From positions 2,368,001 to 2,432,000 of the forward strand of contig OZ245011.1 in assembly GCA_965223665.1 (NCBI GenBank): a DNA stretch of 64,000 nt, in the 5' to 3' direction. The stretch's first letter is position 1. Each line of letters starts with the position of its first letter. Source of the DNA: Nitrospinaceae bacterium (GTDB lineage: Bacteria > Nitrospinota > Nitrospinia > Nitrospinales > Nitrospinaceae). The position numbers and the translations under genes are program-made. A model generated the notes under the pieces. That model ran no database searches and was not told the origin of the DNA. It worked only from the letters and a program-made list of their open reading frames with translations. Positions 38,640-48,891 of the stretch are shown piece after piece.

Positions 38640-40457
38640 ATGGACGCAACTTTTGAACTACCCTCACGTGAAAAAGTATCAAAAGAAGATACTTGGGATT
38701 TAACGGGATTGTACCCCAATGATGAAGCTTGGGAGAGTGATTTAATTTCTTTGGAAACTCAATTAAAAAGTTATGAAGATTTTCAAGGTACACTGGGAGA
38801 GTCTTCTCAAAAGCTAAAATCTTGCCTTGAGTTTGACATGGAGTTCTCACGTACCCTGGAAAGCGTTTATACCTACATTCACCTTAAAAATGATGAAGAC
38901 AAAACAAATTCTTTCTACCAGGGGCATTTTGAAAAAACCACTCAATTGCTTACTAACTATCAACAAGCGCGTAGTTACATAAATTCTGAATTAATGTCTA
39001 TCCCTGAAAAAACTATGCAGGCTTTTTTAGAAGACACAGAATTAAATTTCTTCAAACTTCATATAGAAAGACAATTGCGTTATCGCCCCTTTACTTTGTC
39101 GCAAAAAGAAGAATCACTACTAGCAGCCTCTTCTGAAATTGCGCGCATACCTCAAAACGTTTTTGGTATGTTGGATAATGCGGATCTCAAGCTAGGTTCC
39201 ATTAAAGATCCAAAAGGAAATCAGATCTCTATCACCCACGGAAATTTTCAAAGCCTTTTACAAAATCCTAACCGGGAAATTAGGAAAGATGCTTTTCATA
39301 CGTTTTATAAGGCTTATGAAAACCATCAGTTCACATACTCATCATTGTTGAATGGAAGCGTAAAAAAAGATGTTTTTTATTCCAAAACTCGTGGGTATAC
39401 CTCGGTCCGTGAAAAAGCTTTATTTTCTGAAAATATTCCTATTCAAGTTTATGACAATTTAATTAATGCAGTGCATGAAAATCTGGATCCCCTTTACAAA
39501 TATTTCAAGATTAGAAAACGGTTGTTGAATTTGGACGAACTTCATATTTATGACTGTAGTGTTCCTCTCGTTGAAAATGTAAATTGGAATATGTCTTATA
39601 ATGAAGCGGTAAAAAACATTGATGCCGCTCTTTCCCCTCTCGGGGAAGATTATGTGAATATCTTGAAAAAAGGACTTTTAGAAGATCGTTGGGTTGACCG
39701 ATATGAAAATAAAGGGAAAAGGAGTGGGGCATATTCCTCTGGCTGCTATGACTCCAATCCCTTTATCCTTATGAATTATCTGGACGACAACATAAATAGC
39801 GTGTACACTTTAGCTCATGAGGCTGGTCATTCAATGCATTCATATTATTCCAAAAAGACACAGCCTTACCTGTATGCAGACTATACGATATTTGTAGCTG
39901 AGGTTGCTTCAACTTTTAATGAGGCCCTCCTTACCCGGTTTTTCCTTAATGAAGACATTGACCGGGACATGAAAATTTACTTAGTTTGCCGTGAGATTGA
40001 TAACTTCCGGGGCACATTATATAGGCAAACTATGTTTGCGGAATTTGAACACCAAATTTATTCCGCCGCTGAAAAGGGAGATCCCCTTACCGTTGATTCA
40101 TTTAAAAATATTTATAAGCAATTACTGGAACTTTATTTTGGAAGGGATGTCCAATTAGACCCTTGTCTTGAGTTAGAATGTTTTCGCATCCCTCATTTCT
40201 ATTTTGGATTTTATGTTTATAAATATGCCACGGGTATTTCCGCTGCTTATGCTTTAGCGGATCGAGTTTGTTCCGGTGGTACAAAGGAATTGAGTGATTA
40301 CCTCAATTTTTTAAAATCAGGTGGCTCCAAATTCCCTATTGACCTTCTAAAAGATGCTGGTGTGGATTTAAGTTCTCCAGAACCCATCCAAACCGCCCTG
40401 AAGAAGTTTTCAAATTTAGTTAATGAATTAGAGAAGTTAACATCTACATCTCCATGA
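38640..40457 (+). CDS. pepF: Oligoendopeptidase F (M3B)
   Basis: TWDL..LY, GKRSGAYS, TLAHEAGHSMH, FVAEVAS, RIPHFY. Confidence 0.95.
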   Translation: MDATFELPSREKVSKEDTWDLTGLYPNDEAWESDLISLETQLKSYEDFQGTLGESSQKLKSCLEFDMEFSRTLESVYTYIHLKNDEDKTNSFYQGHFEKTTQLLTNYQQARSYINSELMSIPEKTMQAFLEDTELNFFKLHIERQLRYRPFTLSQKEESLLAASSEIARIPQNVFGMLDNADLKLGSIKDPKGNQISITHGNFQSLLQNPNREIRKDAFHTFYKAYENHQFTYSSLLNGSVKKDVFYSKTRGYTSVREKALFSENIPIQVYDNLINAVHENLDPLYKYFKIRKRLLNLDELHIYDCSVPLVENVNWNMSYNEAVKNIDAALSPLGEDYVNILKKGLLEDRWVDRYENKGKRSGAYSSGCYDSNPFILMNYLDDNINSVYTLAHEAGHSMHSYYSKKTQPYLYADYTIFVAEVASTFNEALLTRFFLNEDIDRDMKIYLVCREIDNFRGTLYRQTMFAEFEHQIYSAAEKGDPLTVDSFKNIYKQLLELYFGRDVQLDPCLELECFRIPHFYFGFYVYKYATGISAAYALADRVCSGGTKELSDYLNFLKSGGSKFPIDLLKDAGVDLSSPEPIQTALKKFSNLVNELEKLTSTSP

Positions 40458-40536
40458 TTTTACACTTTCATGCTATTCCGTTATTTTCTCTAAGGGTCAA
40501 CCATTATTGATAATCTCTCTATAAAGGACTGACATC

Positions 40537-41328
40537 TTGAGACGTACAAATTCAAACCAAAGGTCTCACAACCGCAACAATAACTCGCAAAGACAAAATA
40601 ACAAAAACGGCCGATCCTCAAATAATTCGAGAACCCGTAATCCCAATTCCTCCAGTTCGAAACAAGCGACTAAAATGTGGTTACAAGCTTCATCAAAAAC
40701 GCTCACTTCTCATATTCCCATGATTTCAAAAAATCAGTCCAAAGATGGTTCATCAAATAGAAAAACAGAACAAAACGGTGGAAAGTCAGGGGAGAACAAT
40801 CGATACAAACCCAAGAATAAATCCTATGGAGATAAACAACGATCAGACAAACAAAACAACCGCTCTTCCAACCGAAATCGTTTTCAAAGAAAACAAAATG
40901 ATAGAAGACCAAATGGCTACCATAAATCTAAAGTAGCAAAAAAACCACTTAAAAACGAAACAGGAAGTCGCTTAGTAGCAGACATAGAACCTTTTGAATT
41001 ATTCTGCGCATATCATCTTGGAATAAGCTCTGATAAACGGTACCGACCTGCAAATATAAATGAAGTAGCCAATCGATTCCGAGTAGACCCAGCCACTATT
41101 CGACAAGCTCTTAAAGATTACAAGATGGATTCCGCTTCACTTTTAGACCTTGATTTTGATATGGCTCTTGCTCAATTGGATATCCAGGTTGCTCCGGAAG
41201 GAGTTGACCGTTCTGAATTGGCTAAAAATCTTTATTCTGAATTTCTTGATGCCCCTCATGTAAAACGGGATTGGCATAAAATCCTGGAAGAAGACAGAAA
41301 AGAAAATCAGAAAATCTTTAAGGATTAG
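40537..41328 (+). CDS. Hypothetical protein with N/R/S/K-rich disordered N-terminus and compact C-terminal domain
   Basis: AAGGA RBS before TTG. Low-complexity basic half, then FELFCAYHLGI...AQLDIQVAPEGVDR. Confidence 0.7.
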   Translation: MRRTNSNQRSHNRNNNSQRQNNKNGRSSNNSRTRNPNSSSSKQATKMWLQASSKTLTSHIPMISKNQSKDGSSNRKTEQNGGKSGENNRYKPKNKSYGDKQRSDKQNNRSSNRNRFQRKQNDRRPNGYHKSKVAKKPLKNETGSRLVADIEPFELFCAYHLGISSDKRYRPANINEVANRFRVDPATIRQALKDYKMDSASLLDLDFDMALAQLDIQVAPEGVDRSELAKNLYSEFLDAPHVKRDWHKILEEDRKENQKIFKD

Positions 41329-42833
41329 GGTTTGTTGGTTTTTGGAGGTGACTTTTTTATTTTTCTCTCAAACTGAAGAGCTTCTTCCATGATCTGATCT
41401 TCCAATTTCATGGCCTTTCCATTCGAACACTTTAAATCATTTAATAAAATCGAGAAGGCAAACTTCTCTCCGTCTTTGCTTTGAAAATAACCTGAAAGTG
41501 CGCTAACCCCATTTAAGGTTCCTGTTTTTACTCTTATCTTCTGAGCTTCCTTATTTCCAATCATTCTTTCTTCCACACTTCCATCTAATCCCATCACTCC
41601 CAACGCTGAAATAAATTCAGGGAAAATACTTAAATCATTGTAAGCATCCTCTAAAACCCGAACTATTTGATTTGCCGTTAATCGATTTTTTCGAGAAAGC
41701 CCAGAACCTCCCACAATCTCAAATTGATCCGAAGAAATTCCTAGACTTTGTAAATATTCATGTAAAAACCGAACTCCATTTTTTGTGGTTCCCGGTGGAC
41801 CAAAATATTCTGCAGCAAGGACTCTTAAAATTTGTTCCGCCATAAAATTATTACTGAATTTATTTAGACCACGCAAAATTTCTGCTAAGGGCTGAGACTC
41901 ATGCTCTAATAATAATTTATGTAATTTTGGCAGACTCCCTCTTTTAATTTTTCCTTTAATTTCTACACCTGCTCGTTTTAAAAAATCCTTAAACACATTC
42001 AACGTATACCATTGTGGGTCGGTTACATTTAGGTAATATTTTTTACGTGCCACTCTTTTAGGTATCTTTCCTGCCACTACCAATTCATCATAATTTTTAT
42101 GAGGCAGGCGGTTTACAATCAAATCACTCTTATAACCTCTTTTCGAAGTAACCGCCGTATTGGTTACTTGAATATAGGGGCTAGGAGGATCCACAATAAC
42201 TAAGGGAGGTTTCCCTAATTTTTTATTAGGTGCAATATGTACGGTAATGGTATTAAAGTTAAAAGCCAAAGCTCCTATTGGTGCTAGATAAGCATCAGCC
42301 CCTTTATAGCTTCCCCAATTAGGGAGAGGACCCTGGCCCAAAAAATAACTGTTATCTGCAATAATATTCCCAATCACTTTCTTTATAGGATAATTTTTCA
42401 ACTCATTAACCAAGATCCACATCTGTTCAGTTACCAAACTTGGATCTCCAAACCCTTTAATATATAGATTTCCTCTTAGAGTGGTCCCTTCAATATGGCC
42501 ATCTGTATATAGCCTTGTATAAAATCTATAATCCGGGCCTACCCTTTTTAATGCCGCAACAGAAGTTATAATTTTTAAATTTGAAGCTGGAATGAGTTTG
42601 CGATTACTATTAATTTCAAATAATGTTTCTTTTTGATCCAGGGAATAAAACTTTATACCAATTTTCGAGGTTTTATTACAGGAAGAAGCAAGAATTTTCT
42701 TCAGTTTATCGCGGAATTGAAAAACTGAATTTACTTTTTCGGCAGATTTGGTTTGGATTGGAACTAAAATCAAAATGCCTACAATAAAAAAGTAGGCAAA
42801 AATATTTTTTTGATTACAATGTTTAAAAATCAT
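41325..42833 (-). CDS. dacB: D-alanyl-D-alanine carboxypeptidase/endopeptidase (PBP4, S13)
   Basis: PASNLK (SxxK), SNN, KTGTL. Confidence 0.93.
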   Translation of the reverse strand: MIFKHCNQKNIFAYFFIVGILILVPIQTKSAEKVNSVFQFRDKLKKILASSCNKTSKIGIKFYSLDQKETLFEINSNRKLIPASNLKIITSVAALKRVGPDYRFYTRLYTDGHIEGTTLRGNLYIKGFGDPSLVTEQMWILVNELKNYPIKKVIGNIIADNSYFLGQGPLPNWGSYKGADAYLAPIGALAFNFNTITVHIAPNKKLGKPPLVIVDPPSPYIQVTNTAVTSKRGYKSDLIVNRLPHKNYDELVVAGKIPKRVARKKYYLNVTDPQWYTLNVFKDFLKRAGVEIKGKIKRGSLPKLHKLLLEHESQPLAEILRGLNKFSNNFMAEQILRVLAAEYFGPPGTTKNGVRFLHEYLQSLGISSDQFEIVGGSGLSRKNRLTANQIVRVLEDAYNDLSIFPEFISALGVMGLDGSVEERMIGNKEAQKIRVKTGTLNGVSALSGYFQSKDGEKFAFSILLNDLKCSNGKAMKLEDQIMEEALQFERKIKKSPPKTNKP

Positions 42834-42971
42834 TTGGAATATTTATAAAACTTTAAAACTATATTTGTAATAAATTTCGAGAAAAAGAGCAAAAAAATCT
42901 AAATCCCTTAATTCAATCGGCGGATTTTTATTAATCTTTAAACATAATAGTTAATTCTTTAAAGGTGATTC

Positions 42972-43970
42972 ATGAATTATGATTTGGTTGGTATCGGAAA
43001 TGCCTTAGTGGATATTGAAGTTCAAGTGGAAGAAGATTTTATAAAAAAAAATAATCTTATAAAAGGTGGCATGACTCTATCCACCCCTGATGATCAAAAA
43101 AAAATCCTCGACGCTGTTTCTGACAAATCTCAAAAAATTGCTTCTGGCGGATCCGCCGCAAATACAATCCACGGTGTTGCTGCTCTGGGGGCCGGGGCCT
43201 ATTATTTAGGTCGAGTTGCCGACGACTCTTACGGAAAACATTATACAGAAGATATGAAGGAATGCGGAGTAGGATTTCCAGGAACCGATTCAGTCACAAA
43301 GGGAACAGGGACCTGCGTAATTTTAATTACTCCTGACAGTGAACGGACCATGTTGACCCATTTAGGGATTTCTTCCAAACTTCATTCTGACAATGTAGAT
43401 GAAACTATTGTTCGAAATTCTAAATTTATTTATATCGAGGGTTATCTCTGGACAGGAGACGATACGCGTCAAGCCGCTCTTACTATGGCTGAAATGGCTC
43501 AGACTGAGGGGATACCGGTTGCCTTTACACTAAGTGATGCCTTTATAGTCAACACATACAAAGATTCTGTTAAAGATTTTATTCAAGGTAAAGTGGATAT
43601 TTTATTTTGCAATGAGACTGAGGCTTTAGCTATGGCTGATGTAAATGAACCAGGTAAGGCTTTTGAAAGATTACAGGGTATGACTGAATATTTATTTATG
43701 ACTCGTGGAAGTGAAGGCGCCTGGGTGGGTAAAACAGGGCAATCGCGAATTCAGATCAATCCTTTTCAAGTCAAAGCCTTGGATACCACCGGTGCTGGAG
43801 ATTTGTTTGCTGCGGGATCCTTATACGGCTTACTAAATAATTTTAACTTGAAAGAAGCAGGGATACTTGGTTCCTATTGTGCTTCAGAAGTTATCACCCA
43901 CTTTGGTGGACGAATGCCTCCCCATTCCCACAAAGAAATGGACAAAATCCTGCAGATTTATTCAGATTAA
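42972..43970 (+). CDS. PfkB-family kinase (adenosine kinase-like)
   Basis: GIGNALVD, GGSAANT, ERTMLT.LG, DTTGAGDLFAAG. Confidence 0.9.
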   Translation: MNYDLVGIGNALVDIEVQVEEDFIKKNNLIKGGMTLSTPDDQKKILDAVSDKSQKIASGGSAANTIHGVAALGAGAYYLGRVADDSYGKHYTEDMKECGVGFPGTDSVTKGTGTCVILITPDSERTMLTHLGISSKLHSDNVDETIVRNSKFIYIEGYLWTGDDTRQAALTMAEMAQTEGIPVAFTLSDAFIVNTYKDSVKDFIQGKVDILFCNETEALAMADVNEPGKAFERLQGMTEYLFMTRGSEGAWVGKTGQSRIQINPFQVKALDTTGAGDLFAAGSLYGLLNNFNLKEAGILGSYCASEVITHFGGRMPPHSHKEMDKILQIYSD

Positions 43971-43976
43971 TTCAAA

Positions 43977-45038
43977 TCACTTAGAATTTTTAGGTAACAT
44001 TTCATTTTGATGATACTGAGTCCATAGGTCACAATGACTCCTTGCATAAGCCTCAAAACCCATAAGCCTTGGCTTCCATCTTTTTTTTAGTAAAAGATAA
44101 CATTCTTGCGCTACTGCATCATAATACTCACTCAACTTGTTATAAGGGTCCTTTGATTTTGACTTATTTAACATTTCTTTAAGAGAAATTTTTTTCAGAG
44201 CTGTTCGATTCGCCTTTTTGGAAGATAAATAATATTGAAAAATTTCTTTCATTTCCTTCCGGGATCCCTCTCGAAAACCATGCCCTGAAACATAAAAATC
44301 AAAATCGTAATTTAAGGCTTTTTTTATTCCAAAGACTTGCCCATATATATCTTTAGTAGCAAAAGATTTAAATGGTACCGTTCGAGGAACAGCAACATCT
44401 GTAAACATCAAAATTTTTTTCAAAGGAAGATAAATTATTATATTTCCCTCTCCATGACCTGGACCCGGATATATCAACTGAATTCTTTCTTCGCCAAGCT
44501 CTAAATTATAGGATGCTCCAAAAGCAATATGAGGCAAAGGCCTATTAGAGTCCCGATAACGCCCTAACTCCTGATGGACTCTACGTTGAGCTATAACTTG
44601 AACTCCATTGTTAAATAAGTGAGCATCTCCTATATGACTAATATGGGAATGCGAGTAGATCATGAATTTTATAGGTTGTTGAGTCACCTCACTCACTGCT
44701 TGTTTTAGTTTCTTTCCCAACCCTTTTAATGGATCTATGACCACCACACCTTCCTTAGTTACAATAAACATAGTGTTTAAGTGACCATCAGAAAAAAAAT
44801 AAACATTTTCAGCTAACGGTTTCAAAAAAAAACCTTTGGGAGGTAAAGAGGGGACTGTCTCATAAAATCCATCTAATGGCGAATTTTGAGTATTTTGTCT
44901 TTTCTTTTCTTCTGAAACATTTGACGACTCGCCTTCGGGAACCCAGGGTTCCTTCAAGCATCCATTTAAAGGCCCAAAACACAAAAATATAGAGAATAAA
45001 GCACAAATTTTATTTTTTTTCATGATATCGAAATTCAA
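43977..45038 (-). CDS. Metallo-beta-lactamase fold lipoprotein
   Basis: GVVVIDP, YSHSHISHIG, GHGEGN, SGHG. Lipobox-like LNGC. Confidence 0.8.
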   Translation of the reverse strand: MNFDIMKKNKICALFSIFLCFGPLNGCLKEPWVPEGESSNVSEEKKRQNTQNSPLDGFYETVPSLPPKGFFLKPLAENVYFFSDGHLNTMFIVTKEGVVVIDPLKGLGKKLKQAVSEVTQQPIKFMIYSHSHISHIGDAHLFNNGVQVIAQRRVHQELGRYRDSNRPLPHIAFGASYNLELGEERIQLIYPGPGHGEGNIIIYLPLKKILMFTDVAVPRTVPFKSFATKDIYGQVFGIKKALNYDFDFYVSGHGFREGSRKEMKEIFQYYLSSKKANRTALKKISLKEMLNKSKSKDPYNKLSEYYDAVAQECYLLLKKRWKPRLMGFEAYARSHCDLWTQYHQNEMLPKNSK

Positions 45039-45145
45039 ATTACACTTTTTATTTAGGTTTTGGTAAACTGTCCTTTAAAAAGGCCTTAATTTAGTTTTAT
45101 TTATAACATCTGATTATTAATCAAATTGTAATTTTGGAGGAACCC

Positions 45146-45484
45146 ATGCTCCGTCCCAATTATTTATTAATTGTTGCGATTTTGTTTGCCGCTCTGGTTG
45201 GCTGCTCATCTGTTGGCAAAAATTTCAACACTTCAAAAGTTAGGGATATTGAAAACAATGTCACCACCCAAACTCATATTCTGGATTGGTTTGGAGTTCC
45301 CTATATTGAAGGAGTGAATAATGGAGATGTTATGTGGACTTATCAATTCGACACCTACAATTCCTTAGGTAAAGAAAAATCCAAAGACCTCGTTATCTTA
45401 TTTGATACAAACAACGTGGTCAAGGCTTACCGATTTAGTTCCAACATTAAAAACGATATGGAAGGTTCTCCTACCATTCAATAA
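45146..45484 (+). CDS. Small lipoprotein (SmpA/BamE-like fold)
   Basis: GGAGG RBS, lipobox LVGC, TT...I...FG.P, WTY, L.ILFD. Confidence 0.7.
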   Translation: MLRPNYLLIVAILFAALVGCSSVGKNFNTSKVRDIENNVTTQTHILDWFGVPYIEGVNNGDVMWTYQFDTYNSLGKEKSKDLVILFDTNNVVKAYRFSSNIKNDMEGSPTIQ

Positions 45485-45598
45485 GATTTATCAAAAAATT
45501 AAATGAAACTTTGCTTTTTTACTCATCAACTTTGAGGCAGCGGATTTAATTCAAACCCAAGAGTTATTTAATATATCTCAAAGTCCGACTCCGCTAGC

Positions 45599-46246
45599 AT
45601 GAAAGACTCCATCAAATTAATTGTTTATGATTTTGATGGGACCCTTGTCGATACTAAAATAGACATTGCGATTTCGGTAAATTGTGTTCTTGAGGAACTT
45701 GCCCTTCCTTCCTTACCTCAAGAAACCATATTCAATTATGTCGGCCGTGGCGTCCACAACTTAATGACTCAGTCTCTTAAGGGAACCGGTTTTACCAATA
45801 CCCCGTTGGCCATAGAACTGTTTATGAATCATTATGAAAAGCATTTAATGGATAACACTGATTTTTTTCCAAACTGCCGTGACATAATCCATACATTTTC
45901 TCACAAAAAGCAGGCCATATTGTCCAACAAACCTTCTAAATTTATAAAAGCTATTCTTAAAAATTTGAACTGCTTAGACCCATTTTGTCAGATATTAGGT
46001 GGAGACTCTTTTGAAAACAAAAAGCCTGATCCCCAGGGTTTGATTTATTTAATGAATAATTTCAATTTTTCCAGCAGAAATCTTATTATGGTAGGCGATA
46101 GTTTAGTGGATATAGAAACCGCAAAAAGAGCGGGTGTCCCGGTGTGTGCCGTCACCTATGGTCACGCAACTCGGGAAATCCTGAAGACCGCTAATCCTAA
46201 TTGGATAGTTGATGATTTACTCGAACTTAAAAAATTACTTACCTAA
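45599..46246 (+). CDS. HAD-superfamily phosphatase (phosphoglycolate phosphatase-like)
   Basis: DFDGTLVD, LSNK, KKPDP, MVGDS..DI. Confidence 0.9.
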   Translation: MKDSIKLIVYDFDGTLVDTKIDIAISVNCVLEELALPSLPQETIFNYVGRGVHNLMTQSLKGTGFTNTPLAIELFMNHYEKHLMDNTDFFPNCRDIIHTFSHKKQAILSNKPSKFIKAILKNLNCLDPFCQILGGDSFENKKPDPQGLIYLMNNFNFSSRNLIMVGDSLVDIETAKRAGVPVCAVTYGHATREILKTANPNWIVDDLLELKKLLT

Positions 46247-46260
46247 AACCACCACTTTCC

Positions 46261-46289
46261 TTGACATATTGGAGGGGAGTTTCTACAAT
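46261..46289 (+). promoter_or_regulatory. Near-consensus sigma70 promoter of mpl
   Basis: TTGACA-17 nt-TACAAT, ending 10 nt before ATG 46300. Confidence 0.65.
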
Positions 46290-46299
46290 TTCCCCTCTC

Positions 46300-47703
46300 A
46301 TGAAATCTGAAAACATTAAAAACATTTACATTATTGCCATTTGTGGCACCGGGATGGCTTCGTTAGCGGGATTATTAAAAAAGGCCGGCTTCAATGTTTC
46401 CGGGTCGGATACTAATATTTATCCTCCCATGAGCACCCTTTTACAAAATGAAGAAATTTCAATTTTACCTGGTTATAAAAAATCCAATATAACTTCCAAC
46501 CTCGATTTAGTAATCATTGGAAATGCAGTATCCAAAGATAATGAAGAAGTTATTGCGGTTCAAAAATCTGGTATTCCATATATTTCTTTTCCGCAAGCCC
46601 TTGCCCGTTTTTTTCTTGAAGGAAGAAAATCACTGGTTGTAACGGGAACCCATGGGAAAACCACAACCACATCTTTACTTAGTTGGGTATTTCATGCAAC
46701 CCAACAAAAGCCTGGATTTTTAGTAGGAGGATGGCTTAAGAATTTTGATTCTAACCACCAAATTCCGCAGGGAAATTTTTTTATTACAGAAGGTGATGAA
46801 TACGATACAGCTTTCTTTGATAAAGGCCCTAAGTTTCTTCATTATCAACCCTACGCAGCCATATTAACTAGTGTAGAGTTCGATCATGCTGATATTTACA
46901 GAGATTTAGACCATATCAAAGATGCCTTCAGAAAATTTGTAGCACTTATTGACCCAAAGGGTTTTCTTTTAATTGATTTTTCTGACAAAAATGTCAAAGA
47001 TGTCCTTATCAACGCCAGATGTGAAATAGAATCCTATGGGTTTTCTCCTAAAGCCGATTGGTCCATCAGAAACTATCATTACAAATCCGGGCACGGAAAT
47101 TTTGATTTAAACCATCATGGCAAAAAAGTAGCGACCTTTAATTTACCTATGGTGGGTAAACATAATGCTATGAATTCGGCTGCTGTTATTGCCATCGCCA
47201 TAAAATGTGGAATACCTGCATCTCAGGTGGTAGAAGCACTAAAAAGTTTTAAGGGGATAAAACGGCGCCAAGAAATTGTAGGTGAAAAAAATGGGGTTAT
47301 GGTTATTGATGATTTTGCACATCACCCTACAGCCATACATTTAACCTTAGAAGCTATTAAAGACGCTTGGCCAGAACATAGAATTTGGGCTGTATTTGAA
47401 CCTCGATCTGCTACTTCACGACGTAATATTTTTCAAAAGGAGTTACCTACTAGTTTTCAATTAGCAGATTGCACCCTGATAGCTCAACTATACGCTCCGG
47501 ATAAAATTCCAGAAGAAGATCGTTTAGATTTAACTCAGGTAGTTAATTCCATAAATCTTGAGGGCGGGAACGCTCATTTACTGCCAAATACGGATGCTAT
47601 TATTGATTTTATTGTAAAAAATAATGAATCAAGAGATGTAATCGTAGTAATGTCTTCCGGCGGATTTGATGGCATCCATCACAAGCTTTTAGGCCGACTT
47701 TGA
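46300..47703 (+). CDS. mpl: UDP-N-acetylmuramate:L-Ala-gamma-D-Glu-mDAP ligase (murein peptide ligase)
   Basis: ICGTGMASLA, YPPMS, GTHGKTTT, EGDEYDTAFFDK, DDFAHHPTA, FEPRS, MSSGGF. Confidence 0.92.
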   Translation: MKSENIKNIYIIAICGTGMASLAGLLKKAGFNVSGSDTNIYPPMSTLLQNEEISILPGYKKSNITSNLDLVIIGNAVSKDNEEVIAVQKSGIPYISFPQALARFFLEGRKSLVVTGTHGKTTTTSLLSWVFHATQQKPGFLVGGWLKNFDSNHQIPQGNFFITEGDEYDTAFFDKGPKFLHYQPYAAILTSVEFDHADIYRDLDHIKDAFRKFVALIDPKGFLLIDFSDKNVKDVLINARCEIESYGFSPKADWSIRNYHYKSGHGNFDLNHHGKKVATFNLPMVGKHNAMNSAAVIAIAIKCGIPASQVVEALKSFKGIKRRQEIVGEKNGVMVIDDFAHHPTAIHLTLEAIKDAWPEHRIWAVFEPRSATSRRNIFQKELPTSFQLADCTLIAQLYAPDKIPEEDRLDLTQVVNSINLEGGNAHLLPNTDAIIDFIVKNNESRDVIVVMSSGGFDGIHHKLLGRL

Positions 47704-48833
47704 TATTGAGAATGAAAACTTTAGGACAGTTAAAACTAGAATTAATGAATAAAGGAGTCATCCTAACGGAAGAAGCACGTCAACATCCAGAAGTTTCCAA
47801 GGGGTTGATTAAATTAGGAAAACGTGAGGAGATTGTATTTTCACTCAGTGAGGATTTTTTTGTAAGAACTTTCGTTCTTGCATCCGGAAAACGCAGTCCA
47901 ACCGTCAAAATTCAAAAAGAAAAACTTTTTCTAGATAATTCGACTGAGTCACTAGAAATTAGCATTATTCCGCCCCCACATTTTATTGAGGAAAAAGATA
48001 AAAATCGTAACCCAATCTCTTCCAACATTAAATTGGATGGATATTGTCTAAATCTATATTTAAGGTTATTTGGCAGAAATAAAACCATCAATATGGGATT
48101 TGAAGGAGCCCTCTCAATTATTCGGTCAGCTTTTGAAGAAGGAGTTGCAGATTTAATCCAAATAAATATGGATTTTTGTGAGGACAAGGACCGAGGGTTT
48201 CAACACATTGCTCCCTTAATCAAATTAATTAAAAAAAATTTTCGAACCTTTGTCGCGCTTCGCGGGTTCCCTCCAGAAGACATGGGAACAATTGATAATA
48301 TTTATGCTGCAGGAGTTGATTTATTAGTATTTCCTTTGGATGGATTTTCTATTCATTCTCCTACTAAAAAAAGAATTCCCGCATTAATTAACTTAGAGGC
48401 ACTTGAATATGCCTCAGGTGTCTTTCCCCAAGGAACTGTTTCTACTGAGCTTACTCTTAACGTAGACTCCCCGGATTTTATTAAGGAAAAAATTAGTGAA
48501 ATTAGCTCCAAAGGTATTTTACCTATTCTCCAGCTTCCCCAAACGGGACTCAAGGATCAGGAAAATTTTAAACCCATCCAAGATATTATTGCCCACCTGG
48601 AACAAACGGCAAAAATGAACAAATTAAATTTAAAATGGATGTACCCTTCTGCCGACAAAGTCTCTGCTCTTGATGGTGTTTTTTTTCTTCAAAACCCTAA
48701 TGAAGCTAAATTGGTTCAAAAACCCATATATAAAACTACACTGGGTAAAACGGCTACTGAAGGGTTCACAGCGCTACGCCGTAAACTCCGTGTAAAAAAC
48801 ATTAGTGATTCATATGAATCTGCAGGTTTATAA
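47700..48833 (+). CDS. Radical-SAM-barrel-like protein lacking the CxxxCxxC motif
   Basis: LKLELMNKGV start, (beta/alpha) pattern YAAGVD...ALEYASGVFPQGTV...GILPIL. Only two Cys. Confidence 0.5.
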   Translation: MILRMKTLGQLKLELMNKGVILTEEARQHPEVSKGLIKLGKREEIVFSLSEDFFVRTFVLASGKRSPTVKIQKEKLFLDNSTESLEISIIPPPHFIEEKDKNRNPISSNIKLDGYCLNLYLRLFGRNKTINMGFEGALSIIRSAFEEGVADLIQINMDFCEDKDRGFQHIAPLIKLIKKNFRTFVALRGFPPEDMGTIDNIYAAGVDLLVFPLDGFSIHSPTKKRIPALINLEALEYASGVFPQGTVSTELTLNVDSPDFIKEKISEISSKGILPILQLPQTGLKDQENFKPIQDIIAHLEQTAKMNKLNLKWMYPSADKVSALDGVFFLQNPNEAKLVQKPIYKTTLGKTATEGFTALRRKLRVKNISDSYESAGL

Positions 48834-48891
48834 TAGAGCAATGTAAGGTAATTGTTATATCATCGACTAATTATTGAAAGTTTAATCACCG

